Source: Promethearchaeota archaeon
GTDB taxonomy: Archaea > Asgardarchaeota > Hermodarchaeia > Hermodarchaeales > Hermodarchaeaceae
Direction: 5' to 3'
NCBI GenBank assembly: GCA_048939245.1
Contig: JBHLPR010000029.1
Coordinates: forward strand, 1-27,081
Length of the DNA stretch: 27,081 bases
Shown here: positions 18,236 through 27,081 of the stretch, one piece after another
Position numbering within the stretch: position 1 is the first letter of the stretch
How the letters are laid out: every line of letters starts with the position of its first letter
Translations under genes and position numbers: made by a program
The notes under the pieces: model-generated
Database searches by the model: none
What the model was told of the DNA's origin: nothing
Seen by the model: the letters and a program-made list of their open reading frames with translations, nothing else

Positions 18236-18556
18236 ATCCAACAGAAGAATCTTTTACTCATTAGTGAACAATCCAGAACCCAGTTTTTCTCTTATTCTTG
18301 CTAACTTGCTCACAGTTAGAATATTTGCTTGCTTATATGCTACGGAAAAGCCAGCATTACTTCTTTCAAGGAAGAACCATTCAAAAGGACATCTAGTTCT
18401 TTACCGGCATATTAGAGACTAATAGAAAGTGGAAATGCCACGCAAAAGGTCGCTGTCTACGGAATAATACTTTGGTATGCTTTCCAAGGCTACTACCTGT
18501 TGAAGGTATTCCCCAAATAAAAAATCACAACTGCACCATTCGAAGAAAGAAAGGTG

Positions 18557-18577
18557 TGAGTGCAGAAGCTGCACTCA
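18557..18577 (-). terminator. hairpin just downstream of the acyl-CoA dehydrogenase gene
   Basis: tgagtgcag-aag-ctgcactca 9-bp perfect stem, 7 nt after the stop codon, followed on the minus strand by a pyrimidine-rich run. Confidence 0.55.
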
Positions 18578-18584
18578 TCAAGCC

Positions 18585-19814
18585 CTATTTCGGTCGATCG
18601 TATGGTACAAACTCTTTACCAAGCAGCTCACGACCAATGATAAGGCGCATGACATTCATGCCGCCTTCCGCACCAATACTATAACTACGAACGCCACGAA
18701 TACCTAAGTCTAATTCACATTCCTTAGTATAGGCAAAGGCACCATGCCAGTCGGCAACTTCGTTGAGGATAGCGAAGGCATCGATGGGTGCGCGAAGTTT
18801 GGCCATAGCGGTCCAGAGTGCAACATCGAAATGATTGTATTTAGTGTTACCAGCGTAGATTTGGTCCATAATCCAGGCGGCTTTGTACATGACAAGGCGG
18901 TCGCCCATGAGTCTGCTATACCATTCAGCGAGGGGGAAGCTGATGCCCTCATATTTGCCGAGTTCTTTGCCGAAGACTTTGCGTTGACGGACATAGTTCA
19001 TTCCGATTTCTAAGCCTTCCAAAGCTGCACCAATACAGGTAGCGCCGATGATTACGCGGGCGGCAGAAAAGCCTTCCATTGAGTAGACAAAGCCCTTTTG
19101 GGGATCGCCGATGAGCCAGTGCTTGGGAATCTCAACGTTTTCCATAGCGAAACCGCCAGTGCTGATGCCCATTCGGCCCCAGTCTTCAAAGAGGGTAGGA
19201 GTTAACCCTGGAGTACCCTTTTCTATGGGGAGAATGAAGGCGGAGATTCCCCGGTGTTTCGGTGAGGCGGTTTTGTCTAGATAGCCGGTGGCAAAGTAGC
19301 GTCCTTGCATCTCGGTGGTGGATTCGCGGACACCACTAATATAGACTTTTTCACCGTTCACGACGTATTTGTCGCCTTTCTCCGCAATCGTGGTCTTAGT
19401 CGCACCCACAATATCGCTGCCTCCACCTGGTTCGGTGGTTGCGATGCCGAAGAAGTATTCGCCTGTTGCGACCTTGGGTAGAATTTCTTGTTTGGCTTCT
19501 TCGGTTCCATGCCGGGCGAATATGTAGGCCCAGCTCGCTTCAACTAAGTAGAAAACGGGAATAGCAATGCTCAAATCTGCTCGTGCTAGTTCTTCTGCTG
19601 CGATGCAGGCGAGCATGAAGTTTCCCCCAGGTCCACCATATTTTTCCGGAATTGTGATACCCAGAAGACCAAGATCCGCCATTTTCTTGATAAGTCCCTT
19701 AGGCATTTTGCCCATTTCATCCATTTCCCGTGTATACGGGCGGATTTCCTTTTGGGCAAAGTCCCGAACTGTCTCTCGGAACATCTCTTCTTCTTGCGAA
19801 AATTCAAAATCCAT
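18585..19814 (-). CDS. acyl-CoA dehydrogenase
   Basis: MDFEFSQEEEMFRETVRDFA, IPEKYGG, ATTEPGGGSD, YVVNGEKVYIS, RQRKVFGK; AGGAGG RBS. Confidence 0.95.
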   Translation of the reverse strand: MDFEFSQEEEMFRETVRDFAQKEIRPYTREMDEMGKMPKGLIKKMADLGLLGITIPEKYGGPGGNFMLACIAAEELARADLSIAIPVFYLVEASWAYIFARHGTEEAKQEILPKVATGEYFFGIATTEPGGGSDIVGATKTTIAEKGDKYVVNGEKVYISGVRESTTEMQGRYFATGYLDKTASPKHRGISAFILPIEKGTPGLTPTLFEDWGRMGISTGGFAMENVEIPKHWLIGDPQKGFVYSMEGFSAARVIIGATCIGAALEGLEIGMNYVRQRKVFGKELGKYEGISFPLAEWYSRLMGDRLVMYKAAWIMDQIYAGNTKYNHFDVALWTAMAKLRAPIDAFAILNEVADWHGAFAYTKECELDLGIRGVRSYSIGAEGGMNVMRLIIGRELLGKEFVPYDRPK

Positions 19815-19843
19815 GTATTAGCCTCCTAACATGCGAGGGTTGA

Positions 19844-19859
19844 CACCGGCAATCCGGTG
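19844..19859. promoter_or_regulatory. palindrome CACCGG-N4-CCGGTG, candidate operator
   Basis: Lies between a minus-strand TTTAATATA box (about 19865-19873) and the RBS of the acyl-CoA dehydrogenase gene. Confidence 0.45.
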
Positions 19860-19969
19860 CTTAGTATATTAAAGCCTTTGTGAATAGTGTAACTTTCTGT
19901 TGTTTTGATAATTCTAAATAAAAAAGGAGTAACAGTTATGACCATGAAACGATAGAGCCATTGAGGTGA

Positions 19970-20416
19970 TTGATTATGACAACACACAGAGACTCAAAGA
20001 CCGGCATTTATCGGGTCTGGACGGTTCGGGTATTTGTGTCGAACCAAGAAGAAGCAATTGCATTTTTCCGAGATGTATTAGAACTTCCTGTAATTTTACA
20101 TGCTCCACGGTTTGGCTGGGTAGAATTGGGTCCAGAGGACGAACGGGCAAAAATTGCATTGGTTGAACCGAATCCCGACGCGGATCCAATTATGTATGAA
20201 TGGCAATTGAATCAGATAGGACGCAGTACGGGTATTACATTTGAAACCAATGATATCGATGGATTTTATAAGAAAATGAAGGAGCGGGGAGTCCGCTTTC
20301 ATTTACTCCCTGAAGAGATGCCTTGGGGTGGTTTTATGGCTGGATTCGAGGACCCCGATGGAAATCGCTACAACATTGTTGAGGATCCCGAGCATTATAG
20401 CCGGGATTATTCTTAG
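19970..20416 (+). CDS. VOC/glyoxalase family protein
   Basis: 'VFVSNQEEAIAFFRDVLEL', 'ITFETNDIDGFYKKMKERGV', 'MPWGG..AGFEDPDGN'; GAGGTGA RBS. The true start may be ATG 19976. Confidence 0.9.
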   Translation: MIMTTHRDSKTGIYRVWTVRVFVSNQEEAIAFFRDVLELPVILHAPRFGWVELGPEDERAKIALVEPNPDADPIMYEWQLNQIGRSTGITFETNDIDGFYKKMKERGVRFHLLPEEMPWGGFMAGFEDPDGNRYNIVEDPEHYSRDYS

Positions 20417-20589
20417 TCGAAGTCGAAGATAGATCGACCTTTCGAAAACTGCATGATGAATCGGCACTGTTCGCAAATCATGAGGGTAATCTTGTGGCTT
20501 GTGAGGCCCCATTTACTGTCCATCCGGCCTTCTTCTTTTCTGAATTGTGTGTTTCCACACAGTGGACATCTTAAATGCTGTTTAGACAT
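20413..20589 (-). CDS. 58-aa zinc-ribbon protein (not in ORF track)
   Basis: MSKQHLRCPLCGNTQFRKEEGRMDSKWGLTSHKITLMICEQCRFIMQFSKGRSIFDFD*; two CxxC pairs; GGAGG RBS upstream; stop overlaps the VOC stop. Confidence 0.85.
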   Translation of the reverse strand: MSKQHLRCPLCGNTQFRKEEGRMDSKWGLTSHKITLMICEQCRFIMQFSKGRSIFDFD

Positions 20590-20732
20590 GCTTTAGTAGC
20601 CTCCAGCAAAGCTGTTTGCTATATTCTGACCTTGCGAAAGTGACTTAATTAACCTTACTTCTTTGAAGGCTTTCTGATGAAGACCATAACGTTTTTCTCA
20701 GAGAATTGTCTTCGACTTTTTTAGTGAAAAAC

Positions 20733-21908
20733 ATGACGGACAAAACACCACTTGGTCTTCCAATCCTAGACACGGCCCTAGGCGGAGGTATTCCCCGCGG
20801 TTATGTCATCTTACTTGAAGTTGATACCGGAACGCGAGCTGATGCGTTCATCTCAACCTTCTTAGCCACTGGCTTGCGGAAAGGCGAACACGCTTACATC
20901 CTGTGTACTGACTATCCTTTGCGGTTTCCGTTTGAGCAGTTGCGCCATAAGGGTATTAAAGTGGATGAACTGCTGGAATCAAAGCAGTTGATTGGAATTG
21001 ATGCGTTCACCGATGCGTTTGGGTGGGGAGAATTTGAGCCTGAGAGCGAGTTTTCGGTGCAGGACCTTGGAAATACTCGGCATATCCATGATATTATCCG
21101 CAAAGCTACCCTCGCAATGAACCCCGAAGCCAATCTTCGTGGCGTTGTCGATTCACTCACCTCGATTATTCATACGGCACAGGAACCTGATGAGGTAATC
21201 AAATCTGTGCATCAACAGGTGGGTGCCCAGAAAAATAATGGCAACATTCTTATCTACACCATAGCTCGAGAAGCCCACGAAGAAGAGGTATTACGACAAT
21301 TAGAACACATCGTGGATGGCGTTATTGCTCTCTACAAAGTTTATGACGAGGAAGGCTGGCAAATCGCATGTCAAATCGAGAAACTGCGAGGTATTGATTT
21401 CGAGCCGCAACTTTTACTATACCACGTAAAAGATGGAGAAATCACACTAACACCCTTCATTGAATTTGAAGAGGAGGAAGAGGAGGAAGAGGAGGAAGAG
21501 GAGGAAGAGGAGGAAGAGGAAACCGAAGAAGAATTAGTGGAGGAGGAAGAGGAGGAAGAGGAAACCGAAGAAGAATTAGTGGAGGAGGAAGAGGAAACCG
21601 AAGAAGAATTAGTGGAGGAGGAAGAGGAAACAATTGAGGAAAAGGCGGCACCGAGTGAGATCGAAGAAGTGGAAGATGAGGTAGAAAAAGAGTCTGATGA
21701 ACCACCTCAACCCGAAGTTAGACCTCCCCCCATCCCACCAGTTCCCGAGCCATCAGAAGCTCCTGAGTCTGAATCTGTTACGGACACATCCTCAGAAAAT
21801 TCCCGAACACCGATGGAGCCAATAATATTCGATAAACCCGAACCTTCAAAAAAACCAGACAAAACACCTTCAGAGGAACCCGATGAAGAGGACAGTTTCT
21901 TCTTCTAA
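20733..21908 (+). CDS. RecA/KaiC-like (RAD55-type) ATPase-fold protein with degenerate Walker A and long acidic/Pro-rich tail
   Basis: 'TPLGLPILDTALGGGIPRG', 'VVDSLTS', 'LEHIVDGVIAL', 'IEKLRG'; the P-loop position reads EVDTGTRAD. ATG 20733 is the likely start. Confidence 0.85.
   Translation: MTDKTPLGLPILDTALGGGIPRGYVILLEVDTGTRADAFISTFLATGLRKGEHAYILCTDYPLRFPFEQLRHKGIKVDELLESKQLIGIDAFTDAFGWGEFEPESEFSVQDLGNTRHIHDIIRKATLAMNPEANLRGVVDSLTSIIHTAQEPDEVIKSVHQQVGAQKNNGNILIYTIAREAHEEEVLRQLEHIVDGVIALYKVYDEEGWQIACQIEKLRGIDFEPQLLLYHVKDGEITLTPFIEFEEEEEEEEEEEEEEEEEETEEELVEEEEEEEETEEELVEEEEETEEELVEEEEETIEEKAAPSEIEEVEDEVEKESDEPPQPEVRPPPIPPVPEPSEAPESESVTDTSSENSRTPMEPIIFDKPEPSKKPDKTPSEEPDEEDSFFF
21468..21632 (+). 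repeat. coding tandem repeat: (gaggaggaa)n plus three 33-bp units encoding EEEEETEEELV
   Basis: gaggaggaa x5 at 21471-21515; gaggaggaagaggaaaccgaagaagaattagtg at 21507, 21549 and 21582, partial at 21615. Confidence 0.95.
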
Positions 21909-22127
21909 ACTGTAATGAACATAAAACCTCAATACCAGAAATCATTGGGAATCAAATTCCTTAAGCTCTTTCAATGGACCTCTTCGCCTTAGATTATTTT
22001 CTCTTTTCATTCCATTAGCACACTTCGCACATCTTTCCACTATATGTGAAATCGTCCAAGCGGCATGTAGTGGGTAGTGAATCTTCAAAAGTAAAGACGG
22101 GAAAGTATGTGCTAGGTGGAACTTCTA

Positions 22128-23192
22128 ATGGGGCTACCAAATACCCACGTATGTCAAGTCAACAAACCTCCGTACACCATAGATAAAACCCGGTTACACC
22201 GGTATAATCTAGCCCACTTAATTTTCAACCGTGTCTTTTCAGATTCTCAGTGGCCAGGGCACCAACGGATGATCGACGAACGCGTCCCCGAATTTATCAA
22301 TCATCCCAGACCCGGATATACCCATATCGATTTCGCTTTAGAGGAAGCCGCTTGGACCTTACACGACACATACCAAGGCACATTTGCACGAACACGGATT
22401 CCTAAATATCGCCAACCTGCTGCTGAAATTGATCATGACCTCGCAACGATTCCATTCAAACCCAAATCTCCTAGGCAAATGAGTACATATGTCAAACGAG
22501 CTGCAACGCTATATGGAGCGTCTCTAACTGGCATCTGTAAAGTCAATCCAAATTGGATCTATGCGAACACCGACATTCCCAGCAACTGTGATACTGCAAT
22601 CGTCATGGCAATTGAAATGGAGCCTGAAGGCATCGCCACCTCTCCTGCTATCCCTGCTGCAGCTGCAACAGGTGTCGGTTACTCCCGTATGGGCTTTGTT
22701 CTCGCCCTGCTTGGTGAGTTTCTTCGTAATCTCGGTTATGAAGCCATTCAATGTGCTAATGATACAGGGCTCAGTGTTCCTCTTGCCATTGATGCTGGCC
22801 TCGGGCAATTAGGACGCCATGGGCTTCTGATTACTCCCCAATATGGCTCACGAGTTCGTCTTTGTAAGGTCTTCACCAATCTCCCCCTCAAAGAGGACAA
22901 ACCAATCGAGTTTGGGGTAACCGCGTTCTGTAAGCACTGTAAACGTTGTGCTGACGCATGTGAAGTCGATGCGATTTCAACAGATGATGAGCCCACGTTC
23001 ACACCTACCTGTAAATCTAATAACCCTGGTGTTCTTAAATGGCCAGTTGATGCAGAACGCTGCTATGAGTTCTGGTGCGATAATGGCGGCGACTGCTCGA
23101 GTTGCATTGCCGCCTGTCCATATACTAAACGTAGTTTTAGTGAAGTTCCCTATGACCCGAAAGCGTTTTGGGGAGATCCTGTTCAACCCTAA
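22128..23192 (+). CDS. reductive dehalogenase-like (RdhA/QueG superfamily) cobalamin, 2x[4Fe-4S] protein
   Basis: 'AIDAGLGQLGRHGLLITPQYGSRVRLCKVFTNLPL', FCKHCKRCADACE, 'KWPVDAERCYEFW...DCSSCIAACPY', 'VNPNWIY'; no Tat signal. ATG 22128 follows AGGTGG. Confidence 0.85.
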   Translation: MGLPNTHVCQVNKPPYTIDKTRLHRYNLAHLIFNRVFSDSQWPGHQRMIDERVPEFINHPRPGYTHIDFALEEAAWTLHDTYQGTFARTRIPKYRQPAAEIDHDLATIPFKPKSPRQMSTYVKRAATLYGASLTGICKVNPNWIYANTDIPSNCDTAIVMAIEMEPEGIATSPAIPAAAATGVGYSRMGFVLALLGEFLRNLGYEAIQCANDTGLSVPLAIDAGLGQLGRHGLLITPQYGSRVRLCKVFTNLPLKEDKPIEFGVTAFCKHCKRCADACEVDAISTDDEPTFTPTCKSNNPGVLKWPVDAERCYEFWCDNGGDCSSCIAACPYTKRSFSEVPYDPKAFWGDPVQP

Positions 23193-23197
23193 TCGAG

Positions 23198-23968
23198 GTG
23201 GTGGCTCTGACAGTCTTTGATGAACTTGCCCTCATCTATGACCAATCAATAGACTGGGATACACGCCTTCAACGCGAACTACCTTTTCTCACTGCCCTCA
23301 TAAAAGATAAAAAAAATGCCCATATCCTCGACCTGGCTTGCGGAAGCGGACGCCATGCAGTGGCCTTCGCTAAGGAGCGAAATGAGGTCATCGGAATAGA
23401 TTTGAGCCCCGAAATGATAGCTGCGGCAACCCGGTATGCTGAAAAACACGAAGTCAATGTCCAATTCCAAACAAATGATATGCAGGATGTTAAAACCACT
23501 GTTACCGGCCCCTTCGATCTAATACTCTGCCTAGGCAATTCGCTTGCTCTTCTCCCCTCCATCAATGCCTTGAAAAGAACACTTAGCGGAATCCAATCTC
23601 TTCTCACCGAAGATGGCTACTTTGTCTCACAAATTCTCAACTTCGAAGAAATACGGGGTTCTAAGTTTCGCTTCTTTCCCCTTAAATCAGGGATTATAGC
23701 TACAGGAACTGAAGTGATTTTTGCACGGTTTTTTGAACCCTTTCTTGATACAGAAACTGCGACCTTGGTATTCACTGGATTCATTAAAACCGAAACCGGC
23801 TGGAAAACCAAAACCCATACCCAACAAATCCTCCAACTCAAACACCCGCTCTTAAAACAACTCCTTTCAACCACAGGGTTCACTCGTACTCAATACTACG
23901 CTGATTATCATAGAAATGAATTTTCTCCAACGAAAAGTCGTAATCTCCTAATCCTTGCTCAGAAATGA
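23198..23968 (+). CDS. class I SAM-dependent methyltransferase (glycine/sarcosine N-methyltransferase-like)
   Basis: ILDLACGSGRH, GIDLSPEMI, FDLILCLGNSL. Start uncertain, probably at about 23198-23207 near GAGGTG rather than 23168. Confidence 0.9.
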   Translation: MVALTVFDELALIYDQSIDWDTRLQRELPFLTALIKDKKNAHILDLACGSGRHAVAFAKERNEVIGIDLSPEMIAAATRYAEKHEVNVQFQTNDMQDVKTTVTGPFDLILCLGNSLALLPSINALKRTLSGIQSLLTEDGYFVSQILNFEEIRGSKFRFFPLKSGIIATGTEVIFARFFEPFLDTETATLVFTGFIKTETGWKTKTHTQQILQLKHPLLKQLLSTTGFTRTQYYADYHRNEFSPTKSRNLLILAQK

Positions 23969-24051
23969 ACTACCCGCTGGTAATTTTCACCTCGACCCTG
24001 TCGATTTTAATAGTGCTTATACTGGTAATCACATACTAACGAATTTGGAAT

Positions 24052-24498
24052 GTGATACTAGTGGAAAGAAATTCCTTAGCTCGAATCCTTATTATCCTTG
24101 GCGGTGTATTCCAACTCATTTATCTTATTTCCAACGGCTTCTTTGGCTTCATCATCTTCGTCCTCATCATACTAGGCGCTGTATTCACACCGGGTGACCC
24201 CCTTCTGAGTCTTGCAGCAATGACGATGATATCGATGTTTCTCTGTGTGTTATTAGGCTTTATTTTCATGATAATTTGGTTTGTCTTTGCCAGTAATCCG
24301 GGACGAACCAAAATCTGGTTACTCCTTACCGGACTCATTGCCCTCTTTGTATGTGGGATTGTCCCTGCTGCCCTTGCCTTCTCTCTCTTTGGCACAACTT
24401 GGCCACCAGCTTGGCTCGCAATAATTATGACCGGATGGCTTCCAGGACTCCTCGTCGTAATTGCAGGTCTAATTGCCCAGAAACCACTTGAAGCATAA
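24052..24498 (+). CDS. hypothetical integral membrane protein (about 4-5 TM)
   Basis: Almost entirely hydrophobic 148-aa ORF; start uncertain. Confidence 0.75.
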   Translation: MILVERNSLARILIILGGVFQLIYLISNGFFGFIIFVLIILGAVFTPGDPLLSLAAMTMISMFLCVLLGFIFMIIWFVFASNPGRTKIWLLLTGLIALFVCGIVPAALAFSLFGTTWPPAWLAIIMTGWLPGLLVVIAGLIAQKPLEA

Positions 24499-24577
24499 TT
24501 ACCGTGAAATCATAGAATTATTCGAAAATAGAGTAAAAGCCAAATACAACTAAAAAACGCGGATACTGCGATATTCT

Positions 24578-25174
24578 ATGAAAGGTAAAGATATCGTGCG
24601 AACAGGGTATAACAAAATCGCCAAGCGCTATAACCAGTTTCGAAATAAGTTCCACACCAAAGAAGAACTTGAACGGTTCGCTTCAATCCTTCCCAAGAAC
24701 GCTTATGTATTAGATGCAGGCTGTGGAGCAGGCATCCCTGTCGCCCAATACTTGGTCAGTAAAGGCTTCCAGGTCATAGGTATCGATATCGCACCAGGAA
24801 TGTTAGAACTCGCCCGACAACAAGTCCCAGAAGGCACCTTCATTGAAGGGGACATGACCCAACTAACTTTTCCCGACAACTCCTTTGATGGTATTGTATC
24901 CACGTTTGCCATCATCCATGTTCCGAGAGACCTGCACTCCGCAGTCTATCAAAATTTTTATCGGGTTCTCAAACCCGGTGGTATCCTCTTCTTTAGTACG
25001 GGTCCAACCGAATGGGAGGGTACAGATGAATATCTAGGAACTACAATGTATTGGAGCCATTATGATGCCGAAACATCCCTCACCTATACGAAAGACGCGG
25101 GATTCACAATCCTCTGGGAAGAGATTATTACTCGAGATGGTGAAACCCACTACTGGGTCCTTGCACAAAAATAA
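24578..25174 (+). CDS. class I SAM-dependent methyltransferase
   Basis: VLDAGCGAG, GIDIAPGML, GDMTQLTFPDNSFD, RVLKPGG. Confidence 0.93.
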   Translation: MKGKDIVRTGYNKIAKRYNQFRNKFHTKEELERFASILPKNAYVLDAGCGAGIPVAQYLVSKGFQVIGIDIAPGMLELARQQVPEGTFIEGDMTQLTFPDNSFDGIVSTFAIIHVPRDLHSAVYQNFYRVLKPGGILFFSTGPTEWEGTDEYLGTTMYWSHYDAETSLTYTKDAGFTILWEEIITRDGETHYWVLAQK

Positions 25175-25383
25175 CACAAATTACTTCTATTCATTGTTTT
25201 AATTCAGAACCTCAATCTTATCAAGAGATGATTCATTAAGCTAGCTTAGAATTAATTTATTGAGCAGTTGAATTAGCATCAATTATCACTAATCTTTAGC
25301 AACAAGTATTCAACGTTACTATGTATTTTACATTGGATTTTGCAAATATTTTTAGAATCATTTGACATAGAATTGGTTAGGCT

Positions 25384-25875
25384 ATGAGGCGAAGGGAATT
25401 GTTGAACCGGAGGCTGAATATCACCATTCTAATTGTGGTATTTGTCAGTAGTCTGTTATTATCTCCTAATCTAGTTAATGGAGCGACAATTGACAGCGTA
25501 ATGATTTGTGTATATTGCGAGGGAGATTGGACGGGAAGTTATGGTGCTGGTTTTGACATTCACCAAATTTCTGGGAACACCAGCACAACATATCAATTCA
25601 ATCGAACTAATCCAAGCTATGGTTGGGCACCAACTGCCATTGTGTCAAAAACTAGTGCCGGAAACTACAATCTCACGCTTACCATCGAAACACTGACAAG
25701 AATTGTACTCGAACATGCATCAACTACGGCGGAATTTGGCGAAGTTACTGTGGCTTGGAGTGATGAGCCTATACCGATTCCCGGATTTCCATGGCCTGCG
25801 ATTATTATTGCGTTGATCTGTACTGTGGCATTTTCTCTCAAACATCAAAAAGAAAAAAGCTCTAATTCTCCCTAA
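25384..25875 (+). CDS. small secreted protein with IPGFP C-terminal sorting signal (PGF-CTERM-like)
   Basis: Signal peptide, S/T-rich beta domain with NxS/T sequons, then PIPIPGFP, a TM helix and KHQKEK. Confidence 0.8.
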   Translation: MRRRELLNRRLNITILIVVFVSSLLLSPNLVNGATIDSVMICVYCEGDWTGSYGAGFDIHQISGNTSTTYQFNRTNPSYGWAPTAIVSKTSAGNYNLTLTIETLTRIVLEHASTTAEFGEVTVAWSDEPIPIPGFPWPAIIIALICTVAFSLKHQKEKSSNSP

Positions 25876-26043
25876 GGAAAAAAATTTGTTTTGAGTTTTA
25901 CCTGTGTTTGTCTTTAGAACTTTAACTTCTGTAATTCTCCACCATTGACTTATGTCTGTGCAATGGCACCGCCAAACCATACTCAAAAACGAACCAGTGC
26001 AGCAGATTTACTTTTAATGAACTCTGTCAAACCTAAGAAGTAG

Positions 26044-27081
26044 CTACTTTTTTGTTTTAACACGTCGCAATTCTTTCACGATAGCTGGAACAACGTCAAA
26101 GAGCGAACCCACTATGCCATAGTCACTTACTTGGAATATGGGGGCTTCGGGATCTGTATTGATGGCGACGATAATGTCACTGGTGCGCATACCGACGAGG
26201 TGTTGGATGGCACCGCTAATGCCACAAGCGATGTATAGTCTGGGGGCAATTGTGCGACCAGATTGGCCTACCTGTTGGTGGTGTTTCATCCAGCCTTGGT
26301 CAACGATGGGACGTGAGCCGCCAAGAGCGGCATTGAGTTCATCAGCGAGTTCAGCGACAACCTCTATGTTTTGAGGGTCTTTGATGCCACGACCACAACT
26401 GACGACCAAATCTGCTTCATCCACTTTTAGAGTGCCTTCTTCAACTTCGACGATAGTATCAACGATTTTCGTGCGGATGGCTGCCTTGTTGACTTTAATA
26501 TCTACGTTCTTGATTTCCCCTTTTCGTGAGGTATCCTGTTCGGGAGCTTTAAAGACGTTGGGGCGCACTGTCGCCATTTGGGGTCGAGTATAGGGGCTGA
26601 GAATGGACGCCATAATGTTCCCGCCAAAGGCAGGACGAGTTTGGACGAGCTGGCGTTTGTCGTCGATGTCAAGTCCTGTACAATCAGCTGTGAGTCCGAG
26701 AATAAGTCGCGATGCAATCCGCGGTCCAAGGTCTCGACCATTGCCGGTTGCTCCATATAAGATGATGTTGGGTTTTTCAGTGACAATGAGGGCTGCGATG
26801 ACATCAGTATACCCTTCAGTGGAGTATTGGGCGAGGAGTTCTTGGTCGGCAACATAGACAACATCGGCTCCATGCTGGATGAGTTTTTCAGGAAGGTGTC
26901 CGATGTTGTGTCCTATAAGCACGGCTCCGAGGGGTTCGCCGAGTTTATCAGCGAGTTCACGTCCCTTTCCTAAGAGTTCTAAGACAACGTTGCGAAGTTC
27001 GCCGTTGATTTGTTCAGCCCAGACCCAAACGCCTTTGTAATCAACGAACTTCGAAGGATCCACGCGTTTCCGCTCAATTGA
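26044..27081 (-). CDS. etfA: electron transfer flavoprotein alpha subunit (5' partial)
   Basis: GLTADCT, TRPAFGGNIMASI, PQMATVRP, QVGQSG, YIACGISGAIQHLVGM, AINTDPEAPIF. The frame stays open to the window edge (SIERKR-VDPSK), so the true start probably lies outside. Confidence 0.95.
   Translation of the reverse strand, partial: SIERKRVDPSKFVDYKGVWVWAEQINGELRNVVLELLGKGRELADKLGEPLGAVLIGHNIGHLPEKLIQHGADVVYVADQELLAQYSTEGYTDVIAALIVTEKPNIILYGATGNGRDLGPRIASRLILGLTADCTGLDIDDKRQLVQTRPAFGGNIMASILSPYTRPQMATVRPNVFKAPEQDTSRKGEIKNVDIKVNKAAIRTKIVDTIVEVEEGTLKVDEADLVVSCGRGIKDPQNIEVVAELADELNAALGGSRPIVDQGWMKHHQQVGQSGRTIAPRLYIACGISGAIQHLVGMRTSDIIVAINTDPEAPIFQVSDYGIVGSLFDVVPAIVKELRRVKTKK

Noticed and set aside
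18216-18684. Short + strand ORFs 18216..18422 and 18472..18684
   Set aside because: Weak starts, no motifs, and they overlap neighbouring genes or the terminator hairpin.
21457-21705. Minus-strand Pro/Leu-rich ORF
   Set aside because: Antisense shadow of the poly-Glu repeat.
12375-25249. aagctagctt palindrome present at about 12376 and 25239
   Set aside because: Short, unrelated contexts, and one copy is over a stop codon; compatible with chance.
25720-25986. 88-aa minus-strand ORF downstream of etfA
   Set aside because: Overlaps the well-supported IPGFP protein on the opposite strand and has no motifs.

Overview
Archaeal genomic DNA, most consistent with an Asgard archaeon. This is inferred from GGAGG/GGTGA ribosome-binding sites, TATA-like boxes, a tungsten AOR, V4R and KaiC/RecA-like proteins, doubled Lrp/AsnC regulators, a signal-less reductive dehalogenase-like protein and an IPGFP C-terminal sorting signal. 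The window carries the 3' end of a CDC48-like AAA ATPase followed by hypothetical, SPFH and V4R genes. After that come metabolic genes (AOR, HIT, sirtuin, acetoacetate decarboxylase family, acyl-CoA dehydrogenase, VOC, methyltransferases, EtfA), several membrane-anchored surface proteins including a large C25 gingipain-like protease, and two divergent Lrp paralogs. The most notable part is the apparently empty interval 12.3-13.6 kb. It holds two tandem homologous cassettes, each built as: TTTGCA-N8-TGCAAA palindrome, conserved promoter block, RBS-sequestering 5' hairpin, 40-46 aa basic peptide (ERAVxGxxNP), a spacer of about 58 nt, then a ~125-nt structured element with covarying terminal helix and a T-tract. 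A 42-aa single-TM peptide gene lies divergently, and a third copy of the same promoter architecture sits at 17.77-17.85 kb just downstream of the Lrp pair. All homology calls come from motif recognition by eye; no database search was run.
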